In this document: positions 1 to 11,177 of the stretch, piece by piece
How positions within the stretch are numbered: position 1 is the stretch's first letter
Layout of the letters: each line of letters begins with the position of its first letter
Assembly: GCA_902781465.1 (NCBI GenBank)
Contig: CACZJK010000001.1
Location: 142,831-206,830, forward strand
Direction: 5' to 3'
DNA: 64,000 nt
DNA from: an uncultured Pseudomonadota bacterium
GTDB taxonomy: Bacteria; Pseudomonadota; Alphaproteobacteria; Rs-D84
Program-made: the position numbers and the translations under genes
The notes under the pieces: generated by a model
What the model saw: the letters and a program-made list of their open reading frames with translations, nothing else
Database searches by the model: none
Told to the model about the DNA's origin: nothing

Positions 1-338
1 AAACATCGGAAGACGAAATAATAGTTCGTGTAAAGTTGCCAAAATTAGAAACTGCTTCATCTATGGATGAACGCGATTCTGTGACTGTGGCGCGTGATAT
101 AGCAAGTATTTTTCAACAGATAAATATACCAGCAGAAATAAATAATGTCACAGATACTGTTTTGAATAATGGTGTCGCAGAAAATATAAATGTGACAGAA
201 GTTGCGGTTTCTTCAAAATTGATTCCTTCTGAATTTATGTATGCCTTTAAAGATTTTGATGGTGTTTATATGACATCTGTATCTTGGCGTGCAAATACAA
301 GAACATGGAATTATGAAGTTGTTATTTATACAAAATAA
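1..338 (+). CDS. C-terminal fragment of a hypothetical protein; reading frame is open to the window edge; first visible gene of a type IVb-pilus-like operon
   Basis: Frame is open from position 3 with no stop; stop at 338; tightly followed by the pilus-type operon genes. No recognisable motifs. Confidence 0.3.
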   Translation, partial: TSEDEIIVRVKLPKLETASSMDERDSVTVARDIASIFQQINIPAEINNVTDTVLNNGVAENINVTEVAVSSKLIPSEFMYAFKDFDGVYMTSVSWRANTRTWNYEVVIYTK

Positions 339-349
339 AAGGGCAAAAA

Positions 350-1015
350 ATGTTGAAAAAGTTGAATTTGATAATGGTTTTTAGTTTGTTCGCAATTGGT
401 GTGAATAATGTATCGTACGCAATCGATGAATTTATCGAAGAAGAAGTTATTGAAGAATCTGATGCTGAATTGGCAGATCAAGTTTCGGCAGATGCTTTGC
501 TTAATTACAATGTTGATGGGACTTTATTTGAAAAGATAACAACTTTGGAACAAGAAAAAGTGGTTGCACAACTGGAAAAAGAACGCGCACAACTTGATTT
601 AGATTTGGAAAGATTGAACGCTGAAAAAATCAAATTACAAATGGAATTGGATACGTTGTCTGGTCGTGCAGAACAACAACAACAAGAATTAGAAGCTGCA
701 AAAGCGCAATTGGAAATTCAAACTGAAAAATTAAAGCGTCAAATGGATTCTTTGGATGAACAACAGGAAGTGGCTGCTGCGGTTGCGCCAGAAAAAAAGG
801 AAGAAAGCAGCGTTTCCAAGAAATATAAATTGGTAAATGTAGTGGGTGTTGGTAATCAATTACAGGCGACACTTGAAGAAGTTTCAACCGGTCAAAACAG
901 ACGTATCGCCGTAGGTAAAGAATTAGATGGTTATATTGTTAAATCTATTTCTTTGAACGAAGGTATTGTTTTTGAAAAAGACGGAACAACAGAAAATTTG
1001 AATATCGGAAAATAA
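350..1015 (+). CDS. Secreted coiled-coil protein (signal peptide plus long Q/E/L-rich coiled coil), probable pilus-biogenesis accessory protein
   Basis: N-terminal signal-like MLKKLNLIMVFSLFAIGVNNVSYA; heptad-rich QQQQELEAAKAQLEIQTEKLKRQ segment; translationally adjacent to the ATPase gene (stop 1015, next start 1018). Confidence 0.5.
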   Translation: MLKKLNLIMVFSLFAIGVNNVSYAIDEFIEEEVIEESDAELADQVSADALLNYNVDGTLFEKITTLEQEKVVAQLEKERAQLDLDLERLNAEKIKLQMELDTLSGRAEQQQQELEAAKAQLEIQTEKLKRQMDSLDEQQEVAAAVAPEKKEESSVSKKYKLVNVVGVGNQLQATLEEVSTGQNRRIAVGKELDGYIVKSISLNEGIVFEKDGTTENLNIGK

Positions 1016-1017
1016 TA

Positions 1018-2637
1018 ATGGCAAATACTGAAACTGTTTTTTCACAGCAACCATCAATCCCAAGCGGTTTGGAAAACGCAAACAGTAAAGATATTCTTGA
1101 TTACTTGTTTGCGAATAATAACCGTTTGTTGACAGCGTATGCGGCGGAATTGGCCCTGCCTAAAGATACTCAGAGTTTGATTGCTTATTTTTCTGGTGGT
1201 GAAATTATAATATCACGAACACATCGATATGATGGTCGTGTGTTGGCTTTTCTTGATTTGTTAAATCAAAAAAATATGTTGGTCAAAGAACCTTTTTATT
1301 CTGATTTGGGTTTGATATCAAACATATATAAAACCAATGATGAAAGATTGGGTGGTGGGACACATTCGCGCATTGATTATGATAACCAGATGCAGAAAGA
1401 TTTTGTTGATATTATCGCACGCGCGGCCGCACAAAAGGTTTCTGATATTCATATCGAAGTTGCAGATCAAACAACAATATATTTCCGCGTTGACGGCAGT
1501 ATGCAACCAGTATTGGAATATAATTCACAGTGGGGTGAATCGTTTGTGCGTGCGGCATTTGCATCGGCCGATATTTCTAATTCCAGTTATGCACAAAATG
1601 AATATCAAACTGCACAAAAAGATGGTCGAACACCATTACGTGGAACAAAAGATTTATATTTGCCGGCCGGTATTTTGGGTATTCGTATGCAATTTAACCC
1701 GATTGCTTTTGGTTCGCAATATGTTGTTATGCGTCTGCTTTATGATAACCCAAGTGAAGGCATCAAAACAGAACAAGAATTCAATGAATATGAACAAAAA
1801 TTATTGTTAAGATTGCGTTCTGCACCAACAGGTTTGGTAATTGTTGCGGGTCCTACATCTTCTGGTAAATCAACGACATTGGTTCGTAATATGGCATTGA
1901 TGTTGAAAGAAAGAAGATATGAAATAAACCTTATTACTGTGGAAGATCCGGCGGAACAAAAGATTTTTGGCGCACATCAAATGCCGGTTGTTAATGCAGT
2001 TAATGAAGAACAAAGGGAAGAAAAGTTCACAGAAGCCCTGGCGGCTGCATTACGAAGCGACCCTGATACATTGATGGTTGGGGAAATCAGAACGCTTTCT
2101 GCGGCACAATTGACGGTAAAGGGTGCATTATCAGGTCATAATGTTTGGACAACCTTGCATGCGAATTCTGCGATGGGTGCTTTGACCCGTTTGTTGGATA
2201 TGGGTGTTGAAGCATTTAAGTTAAAAGACGAAACAATGATGCGTGGTTTGGTATCTATGCGTTTATTTAAAAAACTTTGTCCATATTGTCGTGAAAATTT
2301 AAGTAGTCATCATGAACATACCGCATATAATCGTGTCAAAGATGCCTTTGGTGAGTTGGGATTAAAACAAGTATATGTTCGTGGTGCGGGTTGTGAACAT
2401 TGTAATGGTTCTGGAACGATAGGGCGTATCAAGGCCGGCGAAATAATCATGACCAACAGTGAATTTTTAAGTTTGGCACTTTCTGGCGATACCGAAGGCG
2501 CAATGAAATATTGGTTGGAAAAAATGAATGGGCGAACATTGAAAGAAGCGGCCATAGAATTGATGTTGCGTGGAATAATTGGTGTTGATGAACTGGAACG
2601 CTGGGTTGGATTACTGGACAGACCATGGGTGTATTAA
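1018..2637 (+). CDS. Type II secretion/type IV pilus assembly ATPase (GspE/PilB family; BfpD/TcpT/R64 PilQ-like)
   Basis: Walker A GPTSSGKSTT; Asp/His boxes; tetracysteine zinc motif CPYC...CEHC typical of GspE/PilB ATPases; 539 aa. Confidence 0.85.
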   Translation: MANTETVFSQQPSIPSGLENANSKDILDYLFANNNRLLTAYAAELALPKDTQSLIAYFSGGEIIISRTHRYDGRVLAFLDLLNQKNMLVKEPFYSDLGLISNIYKTNDERLGGGTHSRIDYDNQMQKDFVDIIARAAAQKVSDIHIEVADQTTIYFRVDGSMQPVLEYNSQWGESFVRAAFASADISNSSYAQNEYQTAQKDGRTPLRGTKDLYLPAGILGIRMQFNPIAFGSQYVVMRLLYDNPSEGIKTEQEFNEYEQKLLLRLRSAPTGLVIVAGPTSSGKSTTLVRNMALMLKERRYEINLITVEDPAEQKIFGAHQMPVVNAVNEEQREEKFTEALAAALRSDPDTLMVGEIRTLSAAQLTVKGALSGHNVWTTLHANSAMGALTRLLDMGVEAFKLKDETMMRGLVSMRLFKKLCPYCRENLSSHHEHTAYNRVKDAFGELGLKQVYVRGAGCEHCNGSGTIGRIKAGEIIMTNSEFLSLALSGDTEGAMKYWLEKMNGRTLKEAAIELMLRGIIGVDELERWVGLLDRPWVY

Positions 2638-2641
2638 GACA

Positions 2642-3712
2642 ATGAATAAACTGGAACTGCTTTATGCTAAATTAGTTTTCAAGACAGACACTGAAAAGCG
2701 TATGGCGATTTCACGTAAAATTGCATCCTTGTTGCGTAATAATTTTACATTGATGGACGCACTGCATCGTATAGAAATGATTGAATCGCATAATGGGCGC
2801 AAACCTAATGAGCCTTTTGCAATCGCAATGCGTGAAATTCAACAGAACCTTGAACGTGGTATGACTTTTGCTCAGGCCACATCTGGTTGGGTGCCAAGTG
2901 AAGAAACACTGTTGTTGACTTCTGGAAATGTCAGCAGTTTGTTAATATCGCTGGAAAATGTAGGTCGTGTTGTAAATGGCATAAATCGTATCAAAAGGGC
3001 AATGTGGTCTGCGGTTGCATATCCTTTGTTTTTGTTGATTTTAACAATTGCTATTATCGTTATGGTTGGTATTTATTTGGTGCCGCCATTGGCCGAAGCC
3101 GCCGGCAGTGATGTTATATGGCGTGGCACAGCGGCATCGTTGGTATGGGTATCTGATTTCGCAAATAAATATTGGTATGGCATAGCGGTCGCGTGTTTGG
3201 TTCTATTTGGGACTGTTTGGTTGTCGTTGCCTGTATGGACCGGAAAGATAAGAACTTTCTTTGATAAATTTCCACCATATAACACATATAAATTGCAAGT
3301 TTCGGTCAGTTGGTTAATGTCTTTGGCGGCGATGGTGTCTGCGGGTGTATCTGTGCCAGATGCAATGCGTTTATTGGCTGATTCAGGAAATAAATATTTG
3401 TCAGACATATTGGAAGATGCACTGCATTATATTGCAAATGGTGAAAATTTGGGTAATGCGCTGGCGTTGACAGGTAAAGATTTCCCAAGTGAAGAAATTG
3501 TTGGCGATTTGATGATTTATTCTGATATGAACGATTTTGATAAAAACCTTGATCAAATAGCGCGCGATTATATGGAAGAATCTGTTCGTAAAATGGAAAA
3601 TATATCAAGCATTTTAAACAGCATTGGAATTATTTTGGTATCTATTATCATCGGTTGGGTTGTTTTGGGAACGTTCCAGATGCAAGAACAGATAACATCC
3701 GTCTTCATGTAA
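2642..3712 (+). CDS. GspF/PilC-family inner-membrane platform protein (type IVb pilus PilR/BfpE/TcpE-like)
   Basis: Two T2SS-F-like domains separated by TM helices; ATG at 2642 sits 4 nt after the ATPase stop. The six-frame ORF begins at 2579 but its N-terminal 21 aa overlap the ATPase. Confidence 0.75.
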   Translation: MNKLELLYAKLVFKTDTEKRMAISRKIASLLRNNFTLMDALHRIEMIESHNGRKPNEPFAIAMREIQQNLERGMTFAQATSGWVPSEETLLLTSGNVSSLLISLENVGRVVNGINRIKRAMWSAVAYPLFLLILTIAIIVMVGIYLVPPLAEAAGSDVIWRGTAASLVWVSDFANKYWYGIAVACLVLFGTVWLSLPVWTGKIRTFFDKFPPYNTYKLQVSVSWLMSLAAMVSAGVSVPDAMRLLADSGNKYLSDILEDALHYIANGENLGNALALTGKDFPSEEIVGDLMIYSDMNDFDKNLDQIARDYMEESVRKMENISSILNSIGIILVSIIIGWVVLGTFQMQEQITSVFM

Positions 3713-3789
3713 AAACAAGCAAAATAAATTATAACAGCACATCTGCTTGTCGTTATTGCGTTCATGTACCTTTGTGTACACTTCACTTA

Positions 3790-3882
3790 ATAACAACGGC
3801 GCATCTGCGCCGTTCTAATTTATTTTGACGAAGAGGTTGGTTTTTTTCTTTAATTTTTTAAACGGCGCAGATGCGCCGTTCA
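3790..3882. terminator. Two 20-bp GC-rich palindromes, AACGGCGCATCTGCGCCGTT (3794-3813) and its exact reverse complement AACGGCGCAGATGCGCCGTT (3862-3881); bidirectional terminator pair between convergent genes
   Basis: Perfect 9-bp stems read directly; T-runs follow on both strands; lies between the + operon ending at 3712 and the - gene ending at 3910. Confidence 0.5.
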
Positions 3883-3909
3883 AATTTGTTTTTTTGTAAT
3901 CGGTTATTT

Positions 3910-4479
3910 TTACACAATAAATGGTAAATTTTCCAGTGTTCCTTCGGTGACGCGGACGTTAACGTCGATAAGCATAAACACTGAATCTGGTGTTTTTTCG
4001 ATATTACACGGGAAAAGGTCAGGTGATAATAAATGGCTGGTATTAACGTTTAATCTTGTCACCAGATGGTCGTCGTCCAATAATGTATAAATTGGCCCGA
4101 TATCGCGTGGTGTGTTTTGACCGATTTCGTGTTCGTTTTGTGGACAACGAAGGCCGTCCAGTATAGTTTTAACGCGATTATCAATATCAGAGTGTGGAAC
4201 GCCTACGATTTCTGGGTGCATTAATAAAATATCTAATTCTGCAATCATTTTAAGGTTTGGACTGATAATCGGATTCCAATCAATACCGCCAATATGACGC
4301 GTTATAACAGGGCTTTTTTTTGCGTCTGGCATCATAAATTTAGTCAGGTTATTCCAAGGTTGCAGGGTCACCAATTTTTTTAACTGCGGATGAAATTGCA
4401 TGCGAATATCAGCAATATGTTGCGCCCTTTTTTTAGGGTTAGTCAATATATCGCCATAGTATAAAAGTTTGAATTTCAT
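3910..4479 (-). CDS. Hypothetical protein (189 aa)
   Basis: Clean ORF with ATG start; no recognisable motif. Confidence 0.5.
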   Translation of the reverse strand: MKFKLLYYGDILTNPKKRAQHIADIRMQFHPQLKKLVTLQPWNNLTKFMMPDAKKSPVITRHIGGIDWNPIISPNLKMIAELDILLMHPEIVGVPHSDIDNRVKTILDGLRCPQNEHEIGQNTPRDIGPIYTLLDDDHLVTRLNVNTSHLLSPDLFPCNIEKTPDSVFMLIDVNVRVTEGTLENLPFIV

Positions 4480-4573
4480 AATAGGGTCCTTTTTGGTGTT
4501 TTTTCTTAGTTTTCTCTTGCTTATTATATCATAAATTGCTATGGTTTACCTAGCAAAAAGAAAGGATTTTTAA

Positions 4574-6973
<2,400 letters not shown>

Positions 6974-6981
6974 TAAATAAT

Positions 6982-6997
6982 GCCGGGTTTTCCCGGC
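6982..6997 (+). terminator. Rho-independent terminator hairpin GCCGGGTTTTCCCGGC followed by a T-run (after gyrB)
   Basis: Stem-loop plus TTTTT read directly; the same hairpin recurs at 10207-10222. Confidence 0.6.
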
Positions 6998-7010
6998 ATT
7001 TTTCAAATAA

Positions 7011-7685
7011 ATGAATAATATGTTTTCTAAATCTTGGTTTGAAAGTCTGGATACACAATTGCGTGAAATGGGCCTGGACAGTGATGATAAATCTTTTGAT
7101 GAAATCAAAGAAATTTTATCTTGTCCGCCACATCTTTCCTCTGATGATTTTGCAAGTACAGTTTCTTATGTAATTTTGGCAGGTGGTTTTTCACAAAAAA
7201 CTGCAAAAAGAATTCATAAAATTATTATGGAAAAAATGCCAGAAAACCCGGGTGTTGATGAATTGTTAAAAATATTTAATAACAAAAATAAAATAAATGC
7301 CATTGTTAAAATTTGGAATAGTCGTGAATCTTATAGGGATGGTTTTTATAAATGTTCTGGGTTAGAAGATAAATTAAACTATCTTCAAAAATTACCACAT
7401 ATTGGAAAAATTACAGCCAATCATTTGGCGCGCAATCTTGGTGAAAATGTTGTTAAATATGATATTTGGATTCAACGTCTTGGTGTTCTGTACGGCGGAA
7501 ATCCTGGGTTATACGACAAAATAGACAATGGAAAACTGGATGCCGATATAAAAAAATGTTGTGATGATATGTTTGAACATTTGCATAAAGAAACTGATTT
7601 GCCAATTGGGTATATTGATGTCGTATTGTGGAAAAGTTGTCAAAACGGATTAATCAAAGAGTTAAAAGATGGATGTAAAAATTGA
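7011..7685 (+). CDS. Helix-hairpin-helix protein, possibly an HhH-GPD-superfamily DNA glycosylase
   Basis: HhH motif [20 protein letters not shown]; no Fe-S cysteine cluster; sits next to ung. Product call is weak. Confidence 0.4.
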   Translation: MNNMFSKSWFESLDTQLREMGLDSDDKSFDEIKEILSCPPHLSSDDFASTVSYVILAGGFSQKTAKRIHKIIMEKMPENPGVDELLKIFNNKNKINAIVKIWNSRESYRDGFYKCSGLEDKLNYLQKLPHIGKITANHLARNLGENVVKYDIWIQRLGVLYGGNPGLYDKIDNGKLDADIKKCCDDMFEHLHKETDLPIGYIDVVLWKSCQNGLIKELKDGCKN

Positions 7686-8334
7686 ACAATCTTGGAAAGA
7701 TGTTTTAAGCACAGAATTCGAAAAAGAGTATTTTAAAAAACTGACTGATTTTGTGCGCGGGGAATATATTTCCGGGAAAACAATTTATCCAGAACCAAAG
7801 AATATATTCAATGCGTTTAATTTGTGTCCGCTTTACAATGTAAAGGTTGTTATTATTGGGCAAGATCCGTATCATGAACCGGGTCAGGCGCACGGTCTTT
7901 GTTTTTCTGTGGAACAAGGAACTGATTTCCCACCGTCATTGCAAAATATATATAAAGAAATTGAATCTGATTTGGGGCATAAAAGTATTACAAATGGCGA
8001 TTTGTCAGCATGGGCACGCCAGGGTGTTTTGTTGCTGAATTCTACTTTGACTGTTCAGGCGCATATCGCTGCTTCGCACAGTGGTAAAGGTTGGGAAACT
8101 TTCACAGATTCTGTTATTCGTGCTGTAAACGAAACCCAAAAAAATGTTGTTTATATGCTTTGGGGATCTTTTGCCCAGAAAAAGGCAGAATTCGTAGATG
8201 CACAAAATAATTTGATATTAAAAAGTGCGCATCCATCACCATTATCTGCATATCGTGGATTTTTTGGTAATCATCATTTTTCACGCGCCAATGAATACCT
8301 TGTCCAAAATGGCAAAAAGCCAATAGATTGGTAA
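7669..8334 (+). CDS. ung: Uracil-DNA glycosylase (family 1)
   Basis: Canonical motif [18 protein letters not shown] and C-terminal HPSPLS motif. Confidence 0.9.
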   Translation: MDVKIEQSWKDVLSTEFEKEYFKKLTDFVRGEYISGKTIYPEPKNIFNAFNLCPLYNVKVVIIGQDPYHEPGQAHGLCFSVEQGTDFPPSLQNIYKEIESDLGHKSITNGDLSAWARQGVLLLNSTLTVQAHIAASHSGKGWETFTDSVIRAVNETQKNVVYMLWGSFAQKKAEFVDAQNNLILKSAHPSPLSAYRGFFGNHHFSRANEYLVQNGKKPIDW

Positions 8335-8910
8335 TTAGTAATTATATGTGACCCCAATACCGTAAAAAGCGTATGAATTATTTTCTTCCGCAGTATTAGC
8401 ATTTGAAAAATGTTGAATAAAGAATTCTGTTGCCCATTGTTTGTTGATATTGTATCCCAATGTCACTTTGAATTCGAATATTAACTTGGCGCCAAGACGT
8501 TCGTTTTCTTGGGCCTGTAAGCCGGCACCGGCACCAAGACCACCGTATAAACGCTTATAACGGAAAAGCGCAATATCTTCGGTTAAATAAAACATAGGTA
8601 TTGTATAATCCTGCCATTTCCAGCCATATTTTTCATGAAATCCCAATGTTTCAGATATGTTTATCGAACGACGTGCCGGAACACGAAAGAAAGTTGTTGG
8701 TTGGGAATATGTAAAAGTCCCAATATAAAAAGGAACAGGGCGGGTTGGTGGCGGTAAAAGCCATCCTGTATCAAAACCTTGCCCAATTCCAAAACCGATT
8801 TGTTGTTGATATGTGCCCATAAAAGGATTTTTATCAGGTAAAACACAACTATCGGCCATTGCAGGTGCAATTGAACATAATATTGGTAATACGGCTAATA
8901 ATTTTCTCAT
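8335..8910 (-). CDS. Small outer-membrane beta-barrel protein (PagL/OmpW-like size); probable start MRKLLAVLPILCSIAPAMA
   Basis: Signal peptide; alternating amphipathic strands; ends in an aromatic residue (…GVTYNY). The six-frame ORF extends to 8958. Confidence 0.5.
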   Translation of the reverse strand: MRKLLAVLPILCSIAPAMADSCVLPDKNPFMGTYQQQIGFGIGQGFDTGWLLPPPTRPVPFYIGTFTYSQPTTFFRVPARRSINISETLGFHEKYGWKWQDYTIPMFYLTEDIALFRYKRLYGGLGAGAGLQAQENERLGAKLIFEFKVTLGYNINKQWATEFFIQHFSNANTAEENNSYAFYGIGVTYNY

Positions 8911-8952
8911 ACGGGACATTATATCATAAAAAAGCAGATAAAACAAATATTG

Positions 8953-8980
8953 TTGCAAAGTAAAAAAAGTCTGTTATAAT
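8953..8980 (+). promoter_or_regulatory. Sigma70-like promoter TTGCAA-16-TATAAT upstream of the tRNA-CAU gene
   Basis: TTGCAA 8953-8958, TATAAT 8975-8980; tRNA 5' end at 8991. Confidence 0.5.
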
Positions 8981-8990
8981 GCTTTTCGCT

Positions 8991-9065
8991 GGCGGCGTAG
9001 CTCAGTGGTAGAGCAGAGGAATCATAATCCTTTGGTCAGGGGTCCGAATCCCTTCGCCGCTACCA
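8991..9065 (+). tRNA. tRNA with CAU anticodon (elongator Met or lysidine-modified Ile2; arm sequences resemble E. coli ileX)
   Basis: Cloverleaf folded by hand: acceptor GGCGGCG/CGCCGCT, D arm GCTC-AGTGGTA-GAGC, anticodon loop ATCATAA (CAT), T loop TCCGAAT, encoded CCA. Confidence 0.85.
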
Positions 9066-9208
9066 AAATAATAAACGACCCTTGTGGTCGTTTTTTATTT
9101 TGATATCTGGGATTTGGACACCGATCCCGGGGTCCGACAACAAGTAGATTTTGGAAGCGGTAGCGCACCAAAATCGTCACGGTTGCCCCGCAGGCATTTA
9201 TGCCGAGG

Positions 9209-9225
9209 GAATCCCTTCGCCGCTA
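9209..9225 (+). repeat. Direct repeat of the tRNA-CAU 3' end (GAATCCCTTCGCCGCTA; tRNA copy at 9046-9062), preceded by a second copy of the T-stem fragment GGGGTCCGA at about 9129; att-like scar or decayed partial tRNA duplicate
   Basis: Exact 17-bp match read directly; the intervening approximately 146 bp contain a terminator hairpin (GACCCTTGTGGTC) and a tRNA-like fragment GGTAGCGCA. Confidence 0.6.
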
Positions 9226-9289
9226 TTTATAAAAATTCCTTTCTTTTTAATAAATATGGTGCAATATTTACTTGGGCGAGGTATAAAAA

Positions 9290-10132
9290 ATGAAAAATAT
9301 TTTAATTACTGGTGCAAATGGTCAATTGGGGTCAGAATTGGCAAGGATTATGCCATCGGCTGTTTTGACGGGACACAATGTTTTAGATATTACTGATAAG
9401 GTTGCTGTTGATAAATTTATAAAATCAAGAAAGATAGATACTGTTATAAATTGTGCTGCTTATACTGCGGTTGATTTAGCAGAAGATAACTATGATGATG
9501 CGTATAAAATAAATGCAATTGGACCAAGAAATTTAGCACAAACAGGATGCAAAATAATTCATATATCAACAGACTATGTTTTTTCTGGAAATGCGAAAGT
9601 CCCATATAAAACAACAGATAAAACAAATCCTTTGTCTGTGTATGGTTCTACTAAATTGGCCGGGGAAAAAGCGATTTTAGAAAATTCTGAAAACGGTATA
9701 ATAATCAGAACTTCTTGGCTATATTCTGAATTTGGAAAGAATTTTGTTAAAACTATGCGCAATCTTGGTGCAAGCAGAAGTGATATTTCGGTTGTTGCGG
9801 ATCAATACGGTTTGCCAACTTATGCGGCGAATTTAGCCTTTGCTATTTTTCAAATTATCCCACAAATAAAGCCGGATAATTCAGGTATATATCATTATTC
9901 AAACTCTGGTTCAGGAATTTCTTGGTATAATTTTGCAGATGAAATAATGAAACAATCTGGTTTGAACTGTGTTGTAAAACCTATAACCACAGATCAGTAT
10001 CCAACACGTGCAGTGCGCCCAAAGTACAGCGTAATGAATACTTCTAAAATACAGAAAACTTTTGGTGTAAAGATACCAATGTGGCAAGACGCGCTGAAAC
10101 ATTGTATCAAAGAATTGGAAAAACAGCATTAA
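9290..10132 (+). CDS. rfbD: dTDP-4-dehydrorhamnose reductase-like (RmlD family) NAD(P)-dependent reductase
   Basis: N-terminal ILITGANGQLGSEL Rossmann motif and overall RmlD length (280 aa); no rmlABC nearby, so the exact substrate is uncertain. Confidence 0.65.
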   Translation: MKNILITGANGQLGSELARIMPSAVLTGHNVLDITDKVAVDKFIKSRKIDTVINCAAYTAVDLAEDNYDDAYKINAIGPRNLAQTGCKIIHISTDYVFSGNAKVPYKTTDKTNPLSVYGSTKLAGEKAILENSENGIIIRTSWLYSEFGKNFVKTMRNLGASRSDISVVADQYGLPTYAANLAFAIFQIIPQIKPDNSGIYHYSNSGSGISWYNFADEIMKQSGLNCVVKPITTDQYPTRAVRPKYSVMNTSKIQKTFGVKIPMWQDALKHCIKELEKQH

Positions 10133-10176
10133 ATATATTGAAAAAAAGTGCTTTTTATGATATAATATAAACCAGT

Positions 10177-10222
10177 TCGACGGGGGATGCCGTCGATTTT
10201 TTTTATGCCGGGTTTTCCCGGC
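10177..10222 (+). terminator. Tandem terminator hairpins (CGACGGGGGATGCCGTCG then GCCGGGTTTTCCCGGC), each followed by a T-run
   Basis: Read directly downstream of the rmlD-like gene. Confidence 0.5.
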
Positions 10223-10249
10223 TTTTTTGTTATAACAAAAGGATAAATA

Positions 10250-11164
10250 ATGAATAAATTTATATTTTCTGGAAATGGTAAAAATAAAGATTTTTATTTT
10301 ACTTTTCCTTTCTTTTCAAATGCTGATATTGTTGTAAAAATCAACAATGATTTAGCGACCGGATATGGTGTTTTCTGTATTCCTGGTACAGGCAATAATG
10401 ATTTTCCTTTTACAGGTGGCCATATTCATTTTGCAACCGCACCAAAGACAACTGATGTCATAACCATAGAACGCAAATTGCAATTAAACCGCCTGATAGA
10501 TTATCAACCAACAGCGCCTCTTAATTCAACAACAGTTAATCAAGATATGAATTATTTCTTTGAATTGCTGAAAGATGTAAAAAGTGAATTGCTGGGTTTT
10601 GCAGAAACTTATAAAGAATTCACAGATACAGAAAGTGCGCAAGAATTGTTGGCGCGCATAGATGCTGTTATCGAAGAAATAGATAATCTTGGCGATATAT
10701 CAACGATAACAAGCAGTATATCAGAACTGGGCTCGTCGATAACAAGTTTGACTAATTCTTTGAACAGTTTGACAAGCACAGTCGGTGCGCATACGACAGA
10801 TATTGTGGCGCTTAGCGCTTTCAAAGACGGGGTTCTTGATTATGTGGTTGAATCGCAAGAACCAACCGCAGAAAACAATTATACCTGGTATCGAAAATAC
10901 AAATCTGGCTGGGTCGAACAAGGAGGTCAGATAACAAACAATAATGGTACTGAAAGAACTATATCTTTACCAATAACTATGACAAATACGAACTACACAT
11001 ATAACGATTGCTTTGAAACAATTATTCGCGAAGGCGGAAGCCCATGGCGAATAGTCGACACACCAAATGTATTAACAAACAAAACAACGACATCTTTTAC
11101 AAGATATATGCCAGATTGCGCAACAATAATACGTTGGAGTGTCTATGGCATTGCAAGCAATTAA
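10250..11164 (+). CDS. Phage tail-fibre-like protein with a T7 gp17-type N-terminal tail-attachment domain, a coiled-coil/Ser-Thr-rich shaft and a C-terminal globular tip
   Basis: N-terminus FSGNGKNKDFYFTFPFFSNADIVVKINN...DVITIERKLQLNRLIDYQP parallels T7 gp17 (DGSNRDFNIPFEYLARKFVVV...TTIELRRVTSTTDRLVDF); middle SSISELGSSITSLTNSLNSLTS repeats; followed by a hairpin terminator at 11165-11195. Confidence 0.55.
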   Translation: MNKFIFSGNGKNKDFYFTFPFFSNADIVVKINNDLATGYGVFCIPGTGNNDFPFTGGHIHFATAPKTTDVITIERKLQLNRLIDYQPTAPLNSTTVNQDMNYFFELLKDVKSELLGFAETYKEFTDTESAQELLARIDAVIEEIDNLGDISTITSSISELGSSITSLTNSLNSLTSTVGAHTTDIVALSAFKDGVLDYVVESQEPTAENNYTWYRKYKSGWVEQGGQITNNNGTERTISLPITMTNTNYTYNDCFETIIREGGSPWRIVDTPNVLTNKTTTSFTRYMPDCATIIRWSVYGIASN

Positions 11165-11177
11165 AAAACGGTTGTTT

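Noticed and set aside
630-887. Antisense ORFs nested inside long genes (for example 630-887, 4744-5100, 5383-5754, 28117-28443, 49600-49902)
   Set aside because: They lie fully inside well-supported genes on the opposite strand or in another frame, and have no independent signals.
3790-3882. CRISPR-like repeats
   Set aside because: There are only two copies. They are exact reverse complements of each other, not direct repeats with spacers, and no cas genes are present. They are best explained as a bidirectional terminator pair or palindromic elements.
9084-9396. Small ORFs 9084-9293 and 9151-9396 downstream of the tRNA
   Set aside because: They overlap the duplicated tRNA fragment and terminator hairpin, have no RBS, and the second overlaps the rmlD-like gene start in another frame.
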